Source: Polyangiaceae bacterium | GTDB taxonomy: Bacteria; Myxococcota_A; Polyangia; Polyangiales; Polyangiaceae | DNA length: 64,000 nucleotides | Reading direction: 5' to 3' | Assembly (NCBI GenBank): GCA_033763455.1 | Contig: JANRKO010000080.1 | Coordinates: 1 to 64,000 of the forward strand | Shown here: positions 1 through 10,241 of the stretch, piece by piece | How positions within the stretch are numbered: position 1 is the stretch's first letter | Layout of the letters: every line of letters begins with the position of its first letter | The notes under the pieces: model-generated | Seen by the model: the letters and a program-made list of their open reading frames with translations, nothing else | Database searches by the model: none | What the model was told of the DNA's origin: nothing | Made by a program: the position numbers and the translations under genes

Positions 1-36
1 CAAAAGCAAAGTCTGGATTAAACTTTCGTCGGGCAT
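1..36 (-). CDS. 5' end of a CDS running off the left edge (MPDESLIQTLLL...), product unknown
   Basis: ATG at 36-34 with a GAGG Shine-Dalgarno-like motif about 7 nt upstream; frame open to the window edge; too short to assign. Confidence 0.35.
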   Translation of the reverse strand, partial: MPDESLIQTLLL

Positions 37-305
37 GGCTGGACCTCTGGCTCGGGGTTGTTGGTTCGCACCCAACCCGTCCCAGAAATCTCCCAGCCCT
101 GCCCAATTTTCCGACTACCCACCTTCTAGCGACAAGAGCCCGCTGGCTCGCATCTTTGATGCTTGCTGCGCGAGCGAATCCCTGTCCGCGGATGCTTCGT
201 AGAGGGCGCTCGGGGCCAAGTGCATGTACCGAAGCGTCATCGTGAGCGTACAATGCCGTTGAGTTGCGGTTACGGACGGAAGATGCATTCACTCAGGCCG
301 CTTCC

Positions 306-1007
306 TCAGGGAAGCATCGCCAAGCCAACGCCCACGCCGAGCCAGCTGAGATTGTATGTCAGATCATGTTGGGTTGAGGCAGCAGCCCCGTCCACCGATT
401 CGTAGCGCAGCTTGTGGTGAACTTGCTGGGTGGCCGCTTCGGTCTCAAAGAAGAAACCTGCTCGCGGCATGATCCGGAAGAGCCCCCCGAAGCCGAATCC
501 GAACCTGAAACCGATCCCGTTGTCGATGCGCTCTCTCACGCGGGTGCCGGGCGCCCCTGAGGCAAAGCTCCAGGTGAATGACGCTGGGACCGACACGAAG
601 AAGGATCCGCGACGGGCGTGACCCACGTGCCAATTGAGTGTTGGCGCCAGGCCAAAATCCCAGAGGCGCCTTTCTCCATAGCCGCCTTGCTCCGAAAGCT
701 CCGTGTGCCAACCCGTGCGGCGCACAAAGGCACGGGCTCCGACGGGAGAGAATAGGAGATTGTCGTAGTGAAGCCTGAAGTTGATATTGCTGCTTGCGGC
801 ACCTTCGTGCCCGCTTCGGGCGTCGCTCTCGGAGAGGTGGGTGCTCACCCGTGGGAACGCAACGCCCGCCATCAAGCCAACCCAGCCGTTCGGGCCTTCC
901 GCGGGAGCCAGCACGTTAGGTGGCGCTGCCGCGGGTGCGGTTCCTTCAGCCAAGGCACGAGCGCTGAAGGTCATCCAGAGCAGACCACACAAGAGGGCGC
1001 GCCGCAT
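306..1007 (-). CDS. Exported protein, probable small outer-membrane beta-barrel
   Basis: Signal peptide MRRALLCGLLWMTFSARALA; alternating-strand segments (GWVGLMAGV, WDFGLAPTLNW, GFRFGFGFGGLFR, YNLSWLGVGVGL); start overlaps the upstream stop (TGATG). Confidence 0.6.
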   Translation of the reverse strand: MRRALLCGLLWMTFSARALAEGTAPAAAPPNVLAPAEGPNGWVGLMAGVAFPRVSTHLSESDARSGHEGAASSNINFRLHYDNLLFSPVGARAFVRRTGWHTELSEQGGYGERRLWDFGLAPTLNWHVGHARRGSFFVSVPASFTWSFASGAPGTRVRERIDNGIGFRFGFGFGGLFRIMPRAGFFFETEAATQQVHHKLRYESVDGAAASTQHDLTYNLSWLGVGVGLAMLP

Positions 1008-2527
1008 CACAAGGAGAAGCACCCAGGCTCGTAGTTGGAGGGTGGCACCGGAGTCGCCCGGCAAATCTCACTGATGTTCTGACGCAAAAGGACCATTGTT
1101 CCCGCGTCGGCGTCGATGTCTGGATCGCTGAAGCGGCGCTTCCACTCTTCGATGCCCGGATCCATCATGTAACTTGCGCCGAGGGCCGACCCGCAGTCAC
1201 CCACTTCATACAAATCCAGCATCGTGCGGAGAGCGAGATACATGTTGAGCATCATGAACGCCTTGCCGTATTCGGGGTGAGAGAAGCTTGGCCAATTCTC
1301 AGTGGGGCGCTGGCCTGGCGCGAGCTGATTGGTCACCTCGGTTGAAAGCTTCACCGCGAGGTTCGTGTCGGCGTCCACGTACGAAGTGTCCAAATGAAAG
1401 GCGGGCTGGCCGGGAGCCATCTGTGCCCCCAGGGCGCTGTCAGCAAGGAGCTCCACAAAGAATCCTCCGCCTCCTCCGCGCCGCCCTTGCTCGACATCCT
1501 GCGCACCCGAGCGCGTACCCAAGAACAATGCGGGAGTGCGTAGCACCGCTCCACCATCCTCGACAAAGGCCCTACGCGCACCGTACACGCGACCCACTGT
1601 GTAGCCGGGGCTTGGCGTTATCTTGAGCTCGACATTCATAGCCAGCGGCAGGAGGCGCACGTTGCCTTCTTGTTGCACTAAGCGAACGAGATCTGCTGGA
1701 TCCTGTGCGTAGGCGTAGGTGCCTGCGCCCACATCCGCGAGCCTGCGCGGCAATTCGGCTTGAAAGTTGTCGCCGACACCGAGCACGCTCAATGGGGTGC
1801 CCTTGCTAACAATGGCGCTTGCCAACGCCTCGATGCGGTTCGCATCCGTGATGCCCGCGCTAGCCATACCCGAAGTGACCAAAACTATGCGGGATCCCCC
1901 TTGGAAATCCGTCGCCATCGCGAGCGCATCAGCGGCGGCAGCGATCCCACCGTAGAGATCGACGCCGTCGTCCGACGAACGCACCGGAAAAGTGAGATTG
2001 CGGAGCTGTGCCGCGCCGGGAGCTGCCGCTTGAAGCAAGCTCGACGCGGATGTGGCGTAGGCAACCACGCTGAGTCGATCTTCTGGAAGAAGGCTGCCAA
2101 GAAGATCACTTACAACCGATGAACTTGGTGCCGTAATTGCTTGAGTAGCCGCTGAAACCTCCACCGCGAGCACCAAATGCACGGGCTTACGGGGGCGTGT
2201 GTTGGGATCGACAGAGCTATTGAGGGAGACAAACGCCATCGTCCACGTTCCATCATCAAAGCGTGGCGCTACGGCGAGCATGGGATGCGCGCAAACTACC
2301 TCACCACAGGCTGCTGGAGGTTGATCGAGCGCGTGCTCGGCGAAGAACCCAACCTGATCCAAAACGCTCGGTTCTGGTACCTTTCCCTCCGCCACCAGGC
2401 TCCTAAAGTGGGCCGCATCTTGAGCACCCGCTTGCGTTACACCCACGGAGCCACTGGGCGTGCCACCGGCAAACGCGCCCTCCGCACAGCCCACCAACAT
2501 CAAACTGATCAGCCAGCACGCTTTCAT
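1007..2527 (-). CDS. VWA-domain lipoprotein (YfbK-like myxobacterial type)
   Basis: Lipobox LMLVGC; VWA pattern PVHLVLAVEVS...DRLSVVAY...DLYGGI...RIVLVTSG...LSVLGVG...GAGTYAY; ATGA overlap with the upstream gene. Confidence 0.75.
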   Translation of the reverse strand: MKACWLISLMLVGCAEGAFAGGTPSGSVGVTQAGAQDAAHFRSLVAEGKVPEPSVLDQVGFFAEHALDQPPAACGEVVCAHPMLAVAPRFDDGTWTMAFVSLNSSVDPNTRPRKPVHLVLAVEVSAATQAITAPSSSVVSDLLGSLLPEDRLSVVAYATSASSLLQAAAPGAAQLRNLTFPVRSSDDGVDLYGGIAAAADALAMATDFQGGSRIVLVTSGMASAGITDANRIEALASAIVSKGTPLSVLGVGDNFQAELPRRLADVGAGTYAYAQDPADLVRLVQQEGNVRLLPLAMNVELKITPSPGYTVGRVYGARRAFVEDGGAVLRTPALFLGTRSGAQDVEQGRRGGGGGFFVELLADSALGAQMAPGQPAFHLDTSYVDADTNLAVKLSTEVTNQLAPGQRPTENWPSFSHPEYGKAFMMLNMYLALRTMLDLYEVGDCGSALGASYMMDPGIEEWKRRFSDPDIDADAGTMVLLRQNISEICRATPVPPSNYEPGCFSL

Positions 2528-3714
2528 AATGCTTTCTCCCAGGTTTTCACTACTAGTAGGTCGACGTGAGCTCCAGCGCTCGAATACCCACCGGGGCAAG
2601 CACGGGGAGCGACCACCACTTGCTCTGCACGACCCAGCATAAAGTGCGTTGTTAGCCCGGCGTTTGAGACCTGAACCTCTTGCCCCGCTAGGAGCTCCCT
2701 CTTGAGCGGAAGCACCTCCACGGCCAGCGGGATGGTCTGCGCGCCGCAGCGGGTTCGGCTAGCAGGCTGGTCGATTGGAGTGAACTTGCTGAGAAATTGC
2801 TGATCCAGGGTCGAATGGTTGACCCACAGCTCCACCTTTGGGTCCGCCTCGGTGGCTCCTTGCATCAGAAGTTTTCGGTAGGCGGATCTCGTCACGCGGT
2901 AGTTGTAGCCGTCGTACTCATAGATTTCAGGCTGAAACAGCGTAAATCTCAGGCTATCTCCCACCTCATACGGAAAGCCCCAAGTAGGAACACAGAGGAA
3001 GAGTTTGGAGGAGCCGCCTGCTCCAAGCAGGCCCACACTCAAGCAACCATCTGCCAAGGTTTCCTTGCGCTCCACTGAGACGAGCCCAGGGGGAGGTTCG
3101 CCGGACCAACCGAACGAGATCGCCATAGGTACTGCAACCAGGTCCGACGGGCTCGCTGGCGGCAGGGCCGTCACCTCTAGGAGGGCGCCATTTGCTAGGA
3201 CGCGGTCTTCCCCGTCCCCCTCCAGGATCAGCGCTTGCTCTCGAAAGCCAGGCTTCGCCAAGGGCGCAAATTCAGTCTCGGTGGTGTGGGCGTAGAGCCG
3301 GTCTGACCAGAATACTAACTGGTCAGAAAAGCCTAGGATCTGAACTATCACCGCCCCGCAGCTCCGGGAGTCCAGCTCAAGCGGAAGCGCTGAGCCGGCT
3401 TGAAGCGTGTAGGTAGCCTGCGGCTCAAACAGATCTCGAGAAGCCAGCAGCTCCCGCGAGCGCCGGTTAACGTGAGTGCAGTCCATCTGCGCTTGAAGCG
3501 CCTGGATACGAACGGTGACCGGCTCGCGCGTGGCGTTAGCAAAGTAGGCCACGCTCGAGTAGTGGTAGCCTTCGCAGCCTGCCAACAGCAACGGGAGAAG
3601 GGCGCCGCACAGCCTCCCTATGCGCCTTCTGAACCCTTGGTGCGACTCGGCTGTCAGCCGGGCTCCTGATCCCCTGGCTCCTTTCTGCCTGGTTTGTTCG
3701 GCTGTGCCATCCAC
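2524..3714 (-). CDS. Hypothetical lipoprotein (start uncertain; GTG at 3714 chosen)
   Basis: Basic N-region then LCGALLPLLLAGC lipobox; Cys-containing mature region; coupled to the VWA gene. Confidence 0.6.
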   Translation of the reverse strand: MDGTAEQTRQKGARGSGARLTAESHQGFRRRIGRLCGALLPLLLAGCEGYHYSSVAYFANATREPVTVRIQALQAQMDCTHVNRRSRELLASRDLFEPQATYTLQAGSALPLELDSRSCGAVIVQILGFSDQLVFWSDRLYAHTTETEFAPLAKPGFREQALILEGDGEDRVLANGALLEVTALPPASPSDLVAVPMAISFGWSGEPPPGLVSVERKETLADGCLSVGLLGAGGSSKLFLCVPTWGFPYEVGDSLRFTLFQPEIYEYDGYNYRVTRSAYRKLLMQGATEADPKVELWVNHSTLDQQFLSKFTPIDQPASRTRCGAQTIPLAVEVLPLKRELLAGQEVQVSNAGLTTHFMLGRAEQVVVAPRACPGGYSSAGAHVDLLVVKTWEKAL

Positions 3715-3763
3715 GCGGCGCAGCCTTGCAAATCGTATGCCCTCAAATGACGACCTCCGAGCA

Positions 3764-3877
3764 GGCCACTCGGAGCGGGTGGCGTTTTCCTGTAGACGCC
3801 GAGGCTTCTGCCCATCCTGTGCGGGTCGCCGAATGGTCGACTCTGCTGTCCACCTTGAAGAATGTGTGCTGCCCGCC
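3764..3877 (+). pseudogene. Remnant of an IS91-family (rolling-circle) transposase zinc-binding domain
   Basis: Translates GHSERVAFSCRRRGFCPSCAGRRMVDSAVHLEECVLPA, matching the IS91/ISCR Zn-finger motif VAFSCKxRGFCPSCxxRRM; no HUH/Y2 catalytic part follows. Confidence 0.8.
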
Positions 3878-4137
3878 ATGTGCGTTGGGAAGTCCGTAGG
3901 CGTTGTTGTAGGGTCGCTTGACCCAAAACAGATACCCGGTGCGCCCGACAGGCCTTACCTTGCGAGTTAGATACTCTCGCCTCCACGCCAGCCCAGGGCA
4001 AGCGAGAAATACGGTTGCGTATTCCAGTCGCAGCCGCCACCACCGTTCCTGCTCACGGCCCCGCCGAGCCAGATCCCCCCGAGGAACCTTGGTCCCGGCG
4101 CGGTAGAGGAGAATTGAAGACGATTGGTGCAGCTTTA

Positions 4138-4401
4138 TTACACCGAGCGCGCACGGTGCTTGCACCCAGGCCAGCAGCACGGGCGGCGCTGACCCTCCTC
4201 CAGCTCCTCTTGCGTCCTACGAATGCGGCGCTCCCGTGTCTTGTTTTGCTTTGCGTCCTCCACCCAACAAATGAACTCGTTGCGTGCTAGCGGCGTAATG
4301 TCCTCCCAAGCCGCGAGGGCGATGCTGTTCGCGAGCAGCGCTGCTCGTAGGTCGTCGGGGAGCTGATGTACCACGCCGCCGGGAACGCGCTTGTTGGTCA
4401 C
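4138..4401 (-). CDS. YdeI/OmpD-associated family protein
   Basis: LPDDLRAAL...AWEDITPLARNEFICWVEDAKQNKTRERRI pattern with the C-terminal RRPCCWPGC tail. Confidence 0.85.
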   Translation of the reverse strand: MTNKRVPGGVVHQLPDDLRAALLANSIALAAWEDITPLARNEFICWVEDAKQNKTRERRIRRTQEELEEGQRRPCCWPGCKHRARSV

Positions 4402-4460
4402 GAAGAGAGTAAGAGCGCAAACACGCCACAGCGGTCAAGTAGTGCGCCCCACGCCCGCTT

Positions 4461-7400
4461 TCAGTGTGCCGTAGCCGCTAGCCCCCTCAGACGGCGCTCG
4501 GCAAGTTGAAAGCCAGTGCGCGCTGTGCTGTCTTTGGAGGGCGGGACCTGCGAGTACGCGTAGCTTGCGGCTTCAGGTAAGCCCAAGCCTTCTGCGATGC
4601 GACCGAGCACCAGCCATTCGTCACCTTTCGCAGCGCCGTCGTCGTCCTGCCCAACCAGGGATTCCAGAAGCCGGGAACGGGCACGGTCAAATTGCTTCAG
4701 CTCTGCGTGAAGCAAGGCCAAGGTGCGAAGCGTGTGACTGTCGGACTTGAGCTTCACCGCCGCCTCGGAGAGTTGGAGTGCTGTGGATGGGGCACCGTTT
4801 GAGAAAAGCGAGGCCCACGCCACTTCATCCAGCTCGTCCGCATCAGCCACGCCTTGGCCCAAGCGCTCCAACGTACGCTTTTCCACTTCACGATACTTTC
4901 CGGCGTCCAGATCAAGTCCATTTAGATATTTCATGATGGAGTGTTCGGTAGGGTTGGCGCTCTGGAATTTCTCAATCTCAGCGCGTGCCTCGGTACCTCG
5001 CTTCGCGCTGAGCAGCGTTTGGATGTATTTTGACCAGACGCCGAGATCTGCGGGCGTGGACGCATGTAGTGCCCGCAGAGACTGGATGGCCTTTTCCTTG
5101 TCTTTTTGGACTGAGCTTGCGGCATAGGTGAGCGCTTTATGTCGAGCAGATCCTGGTGTTGCCTTCGCGGCCTCGTTCAAGAGCTCATCGCTGAAAATGT
5201 CCGGGCTGTGCGCTAACACCGCGGTGGCGAGGCGTAACTCCTTGGCGTTGGTTCCCCATATAAACGTCCGATAAATGGCGCGAAAAGCCTCTGCATCGGT
5301 GTACCAATGGCGCCGTGAAGCTCCCGAAATTTGGTCAGCCCAATCAAGCCACTTGCGCGCTGCTTTTTCGTGGCCTGTGCGCAAGGCGGTGGCCGCAAGT
5401 TGGGCAAATGTGGCCGTGGAATCTTCGGTGAGCTGAATCAATACGTAGCCTTGAGCGGTGCGCGCCAGGTAGTATCTTTGGATTGCTCCTTTGAGCCAAG
5501 CGGGCGCAGTGACGACGACCCGCACCGCGCCATCGACCTCCTCGGTCTTCCACGTGTACGCGCACGCCATAATATTCGCCACGATAGGTGCGAGGCCACT
5601 CTCGCTTATCGCCCGACGTTGAGCTGCAGCCCAGGTGCGCATTGCCCAGCTGTCGATAGTAACGTTGGGCAAAGAGGGGTATTGGTGACGGAGGCCTTCC
5701 CTTAGCAGCGAAGGTGCAGAAAACGTCTTAGACGTGTACTCGTAGACGAGCTTTTCCGCCGGCGACAAACGCTTCACACACGTCGCGCTATCTCCGAGCT
5801 TCGTGTACAGTGCGGCACGCTCCTCGACAGGGTGGAGTAGCGTAGAAAGAAGGGGGGAATGAGCCAAATCAGAGGCCGTTTTGGCTTCGTTCAGTACCAG
5901 CAGGTTGGCAACGGCATTCGCTAACGCTTCGCTCGGGCTGTCTGGTGCAATATCCCGAGCTTTGGCTTCGGCGCGTTCACGCCCGCCCTGCTTTGCTACA
6001 ATGGCCAACCAAATGCCATTCGCGTCGCTGCTTTTTTGCATGGTGTCGGCGAAATCAAGCGCCTGCTTATAGTCGCGCTGCCAGATGAGATTCTGGAGGA
6101 GCGCAAGATCGGTTTCAGCATCTTTCCCATCTTCCCTTGCGGCTTGGCGCAGCGCGAGCGCCTTAACAAGCTCCGCTCCCGCGCCGAACCGGATTCCGTG
6201 TTTCCCAAACTCCGAATAGAACGCCACCTGCTGCTTGTAGGATGCACTTTGGGGCTCAAGCGCGAGTGCCCTAGAGTAGGCTTCCACCCCGTATCCGGCG
6301 TTCGGCAAAATCTCGGGCATCTGTCCAAAATCATCAACCTGGGCGGTCCATCCAGCGCTCGCCCAGACGCGCGCGGAGTCCGGAAAGCGTTGCAGATTTC
6401 GCTTTGCTAGCTGTCGCGCCCAAAAGCCCAAGCCGACGTGTGTGAGATCTTCGGCAAAACGCGCCATGATCACCGGCTCTTCGGGATGTTTGCGCAGAAG
6501 CTCTAAGTGCTTCCCAACCCCAGCTTCAAACTTTCCAGCAGAGATGAGCTCTGAAGCTTCGTGGGTAAACCTTAAGCTGATGTCGGCTTCCTGTCGAAAC
6601 TTGCGAATCAAGTCGCGCAGGTTCTTTTGGTCTTTGAAGCTGATTACGCGGCGCGCTAGGTTAAGGCTATACTGAACGCGCAGATGCCTTGCATCTATCG
6701 ATTCAACGGTGCGTCGGAGCGAGAAGTCCGCGTTGCCCAATTCGAAATCGCGCGGCGGCGCACCCAACACGAAGCTATCAGGCAAGGTGATGTGGTACGT
6801 CTGGGTGCTTCGATGCGGCTCACTCACGTAGAGCGAGAGTTCCGGTGCGGGAGCAAAGCGCTCATCGGTGATGCCCTTCTGGCCTTTCGCTTCATCGGCT
6901 TCGTCTTCAAGAAGTTCAGACGGCACGCGTTCGAGTAGAGCAACGGGGCTCAGGCGGATGAAACCACCGTCGTCGTAGGCTTCAAAGTAGGAGGCATTCT
7001 GTGCTTCGACGTCGAGCCTTATTGGATTTCCCAAATCGAGGGCGTCAGTGGCAACGGCAGAAGTTATCTGGGCACCGTACCTATCTTGCACGTATTTCCC
7101 GAGATCTCGAGCGAGCTGATCGGGGGTCTTGTGCCAATCGTCGCGCAGCGAAATATCGAACGTCCCGTTTGCTATGGTTGATTCCTTGACCCTAGCCAGG
7201 CCGGCCTCTGCAATATTGATGTAAACGTCTTCCTCTAGGCGATTGTCAGCGGCTGTAGAGGTAGACGTGTGCGTCAACCCCGTCGTGTTGGGTGATGCAA
7301 CAAGTGCCGAGCGATTCTGATCCATAGCGGGTAAAATGTTCAGCCCGGCGTAGCCGCTCGCGGGATCGATCCACTGCGAACTCAAACCGGAGACATGGAC

Positions 7401-8546
7401 AATCGCGTGATCAAAACGCCCTAGCCCGGGTATATTCTGCGACACGTCTAGCCCGGGGCCGGTACGCAGCAACGCAACGTTGGCCTTTAGCCCGAGGCTG
7501 CGAAGCAGTGCTACTAGCAAGGTCGACTTGTCTTTGCAGTCGCCAAACCGACGCTCCAAGGTTTCTTTGGGTGGCGTGGGAACAATGGAGCGCGCCCCGA
7601 GTTCGAGGCCTGTGTATCGGACCTCGCGGCTCATGAAAGCCAAAACCTTTGAGACCTTCTGCTGCAAAGTGTCGCTGGGCTGCGTGATGGAGGTTACCAA
7701 CGCCTTTGCGTCGAAGCCTTCCAATGCTCGGTCTACTTCTGCCGAGTAGGCGGCCGCCACGGCACGCCAAGATTTCGCTATCGAAAACTCCAGCGTTGGA
7801 ACCACAGCAATTTCGGGCTCCGTATCCGAAGGGGCAAAGCGCAACGGTTTCAATGCATATTGCGTGATGGAATAGGTGACGCGCTTTGCCTTTGTCACAA
7901 GCAACGGGAGCTTGCTGCCCGTCAATCGTGCCCGAAGGGGCACACCCTCGGGTGCGCTTACTCGAACGCGTGACACATCCGTGTACTTATCCACCCAAAA
8001 TCCCCAGAAGTGAGCGCCGCCGGCCACGAAAAAGGGTTCCTTGTCTGTGGTTATCGCCAACTCCTCCACTACCGCTCCCGGCTGCATGTTTGGCAACGGC
8101 CCACTCAGTTGTCGGGCGTCATCATACAGTGTTGGCTCGTTCCTTGCGGCGCCCTCGACGAGGGTCTTCGGATCGAGCTCTTGCGAGCTTCCCGATTTCG
8201 AGAGAACACGAGCGCGCAGTTGGGGCCGGAGCTGGTACCAGGGAGAAAATGTCGCACCTGTACTACCCCAATCTTCAGCTCCGTGTGCAGTTAACACCCG
8301 ATAGATTCGATGCACGGACTTGGTTGCCCGTCCGACGGCGTCGTAGTTGAAGCTCACATCCTCGAACAACACCTCGACATCTAGCCCTTTAGGTGTCGAT
8401 GCTGGCTGATACCGCACAAGCTCGGCCGCTCGGAGACTAAAGGGCGGGGCTTTCAGCAGGTCGTCTCGTGTTAACGCTGCTGCATGTTCCTGACAGAGCA
8501 TGCCAGCGAGCGCCATCAACAACAGAAGCCAGTTCTTTAGAGCCAC
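4461..8546 (-). CDS. DUF3857 / transglutaminase-like domain protein with TPR repeats, exported
   Basis: GTG start with GGGAGGA SD; signal peptide; DUF3857-type N-terminus; catalytic-triad motifs GDCKDK, FDHAI, WIDPA; helical TPR-like C-terminal half. Confidence 0.85.
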   Translation of the reverse strand: MALKNWLLLLMALAGMLCQEHAAALTRDDLLKAPPFSLRAAELVRYQPASTPKGLDVEVLFEDVSFNYDAVGRATKSVHRIYRVLTAHGAEDWGSTGATFSPWYQLRPQLRARVLSKSGSSQELDPKTLVEGAARNEPTLYDDARQLSGPLPNMQPGAVVEELAITTDKEPFFVAGGAHFWGFWVDKYTDVSRVRVSAPEGVPLRARLTGSKLPLLVTKAKRVTYSITQYALKPLRFAPSDTEPEIAVVPTLEFSIAKSWRAVAAAYSAEVDRALEGFDAKALVTSITQPSDTLQQKVSKVLAFMSREVRYTGLELGARSIVPTPPKETLERRFGDCKDKSTLLVALLRSLGLKANVALLRTGPGLDVSQNIPGLGRFDHAIVHVSGLSSQWIDPASGYAGLNILPAMDQNRSALVASPNTTGLTHTSTSTAADNRLEEDVYINIAEAGLARVKESTIANGTFDISLRDDWHKTPDQLARDLGKYVQDRYGAQITSAVATDALDLGNPIRLDVEAQNASYFEAYDDGGFIRLSPVALLERVPSELLEDEADEAKGQKGITDERFAPAPELSLYVSEPHRSTQTYHITLPDSFVLGAPPRDFELGNADFSLRRTVESIDARHLRVQYSLNLARRVISFKDQKNLRDLIRKFRQEADISLRFTHEASELISAGKFEAGVGKHLELLRKHPEEPVIMARFAEDLTHVGLGFWARQLAKRNLQRFPDSARVWASAGWTAQVDDFGQMPEILPNAGYGVEAYSRALALEPQSASYKQQVAFYSEFGKHGIRFGAGAELVKALALRQAAREDGKDAETDLALLQNLIWQRDYKQALDFADTMQKSSDANGIWLAIVAKQGGRERAEAKARDIAPDSPSEALANAVANLLVLNEAKTASDLAHSPLLSTLLHPVEERAALYTKLGDSATCVKRLSPAEKLVYEYTSKTFSAPSLLREGLRHQYPSLPNVTIDSWAMRTWAAAQRRAISESGLAPIVANIMACAYTWKTEEVDGAVRVVVTAPAWLKGAIQRYYLARTAQGYVLIQLTEDSTATFAQLAATALRTGHEKAARKWLDWADQISGASRRHWYTDAEAFRAIYRTFIWGTNAKELRLATAVLAHSPDIFSDELLNEAAKATPGSARHKALTYAASSVQKDKEKAIQSLRALHASTPADLGVWSKYIQTLLSAKRGTEARAEIEKFQSANPTEHSIMKYLNGLDLDAGKYREVEKRTLERLGQGVADADELDEVAWASLFSNGAPSTALQLSEAAVKLKSDSHTLRTLALLHAELKQFDRARSRLLESLVGQDDDGAAKGDEWLVLGRIAEGLGLPEAASYAYSQVPPSKDSTARTGFQLAERRLRGLAATAH

Positions 8547-8834
8547 ATCATCCTCCCGGTTACCAAGACATACCCGGCGACACGAACAGCCACCCTGGCC
8601 GTTGCGAGCCATAACATGGCTCGCGGGAAATTCCTCGTAGCTCACCCAGTTGGCGTTCCGAAGCGTGAAAAGCTCCAGGTTTTGTCACGGACTCGATGGT
8701 TTCCGTGGGCGATTGATCAGCTGTCGTGCCTCCGCTGAATTACGCCGAAAGGTGCGGCCTACAGCAAAAAGGCGCCTGAGCGCTGTGGTCTAAGGCGTGG
8801 ACACTCTGCCGAAACCTTCGTATGCGAGGATTCT

Positions 8835-10058
8835 ATGCGAACAGAACTGTTGGCCCGCATACGCGACCCGAATCTCTGGCGCATCTACCGTACCACTCTG
8901 GCGTTGGGCTTGGCCTACGGGCTTTCGATCTCCCTACTGGCAGTGTTTCTGGATCTGAAGGGTTTCAACAAATCCGATATCGGCTCACTCGCTGCCTGGT
9001 TTGCGTCAGGGATCGTCGCGGCTTCTATTCCAGCGGGTTACTTGATTCGCAGGTTCTCCGCCAAGGCTATGCTGGTAGTTTCTTTGACCGGCTATGCGCT
9101 GACGGTCACAGCTTTTCCTTTTGTGACCGACATTTGGAGCTTGTCGCTCTTGAGATTCGTTGACGGGGCTTTCTCCGTGGGCGCTTGGATAAGCCTGGAG
9201 ACATTGCTCCTGGCCCGGGCAGACGCGGATAGTAAAGCGTTTGTTACAAGCATTTACGCTGTGGCGATGGCCGTGGGCTATGTTGTTGGTCCGCTGGGAG
9301 CGCGGGCTTTGGCGGCAGTGCTACCTCTCTATTGGGGGTTTGTTTGTGCCGGAGTTATTGCGCTAGGCGCCGCCATCTACGTCGTTTTTGCAATGGGCCA
9401 GGACCCTTTAGCTACGCATTCAAGTGCAGCGGAGCCGCGGGGGGCTGGCGGCAAAAACCCAGATGGGAATGCCCTTCTGTGGCGGATAAAGACTTCTTGC
9501 TTAGGAACGTTTGCCTATGGATATTTCCAGGCGAGCGTGGTTCTGTTCCTGCCGCTTTTCTTGATGGGTGAGAAGGGGATTGCGCGAGAGCAAACGATTA
9601 TTATTCCCGCATTTTTCGCCTTCGGTATGTTGCTGTTTTCGAACTATGCCGGCAGGCTCGGTGATCGGTACGGGCATCTGATGTTAATGCGGGTGTTGGC
9701 TATCGTCGGTGGTAGCATGACCCTTGGCTTTGTTTTCTTAGACTCCTTCGCTTTGATGTGTTCGGCCGTATTCGTCGCGGGTGCGAGCCTTGCGAGCATT
9801 TCACCCCTTAGCCTCGCCCTCCAAGGCCTACAGACTGCGCCCGGGGAATACAGCCGAGCCACCGCACTCTATAACGCATTCTACGCTCTTGGGATGCTTG
9901 GTGGCCCCGTGATCTCTAGTCGAATTTTTGAGCACTCAGGTGGGGCGAGCATGCTCTATCACCTGGCACTGTTGTGGCTCACCTTCATCATCTTTACGAT
10001 GGTGTTCTATCGAGATGATCCCAGGGTGCAGGGTCAGGCGGCGCTTTCGTCTTCCTGA
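8835..10058 (+). CDS. MFS transporter
   Basis: About 12 hydrophobic segments; MFS motif-A-like GYLIRRFS and GRLGDRYG; GAGGA SD. Confidence 0.9.
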   Translation: MRTELLARIRDPNLWRIYRTTLALGLAYGLSISLLAVFLDLKGFNKSDIGSLAAWFASGIVAASIPAGYLIRRFSAKAMLVVSLTGYALTVTAFPFVTDIWSLSLLRFVDGAFSVGAWISLETLLLARADADSKAFVTSIYAVAMAVGYVVGPLGARALAAVLPLYWGFVCAGVIALGAAIYVVFAMGQDPLATHSSAAEPRGAGGKNPDGNALLWRIKTSCLGTFAYGYFQASVVLFLPLFLMGEKGIAREQTIIIPAFFAFGMLLFSNYAGRLGDRYGHLMLMRVLAIVGGSMTLGFVFLDSFALMCSAVFVAGASLASISPLSLALQGLQTAPGEYSRATALYNAFYALGMLGGPVISSRIFEHSGGASMLYHLALLWLTFIIFTMVFYRDDPRVQGQAALSSS

Positions 10059-10241
10059 GCGCGCTGCTCGCGGAGATGCTCACCTCTTGCACTTTTCCGC
10101 CTCGGCGGGGCCCCGCTTACTCTTGCGGCTCCCGCTGGTACGTGGTGTGACAAGCCTTTGATTTTCACCTGTTCTGCGGCTCTAACGGTGAAGTGAAGTG
10201 GGCTGTTTGCTTGAGAGTGCGACACCAGTATACTTCTTGGG

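Noticed and set aside
3620..3970. 116-aa ORF as an intact transposase or active IS91 element
   Set aside because: Only the Zn-finger fragment is present; no HUH/Tyr catalytic domain or recognisable ends were seen.
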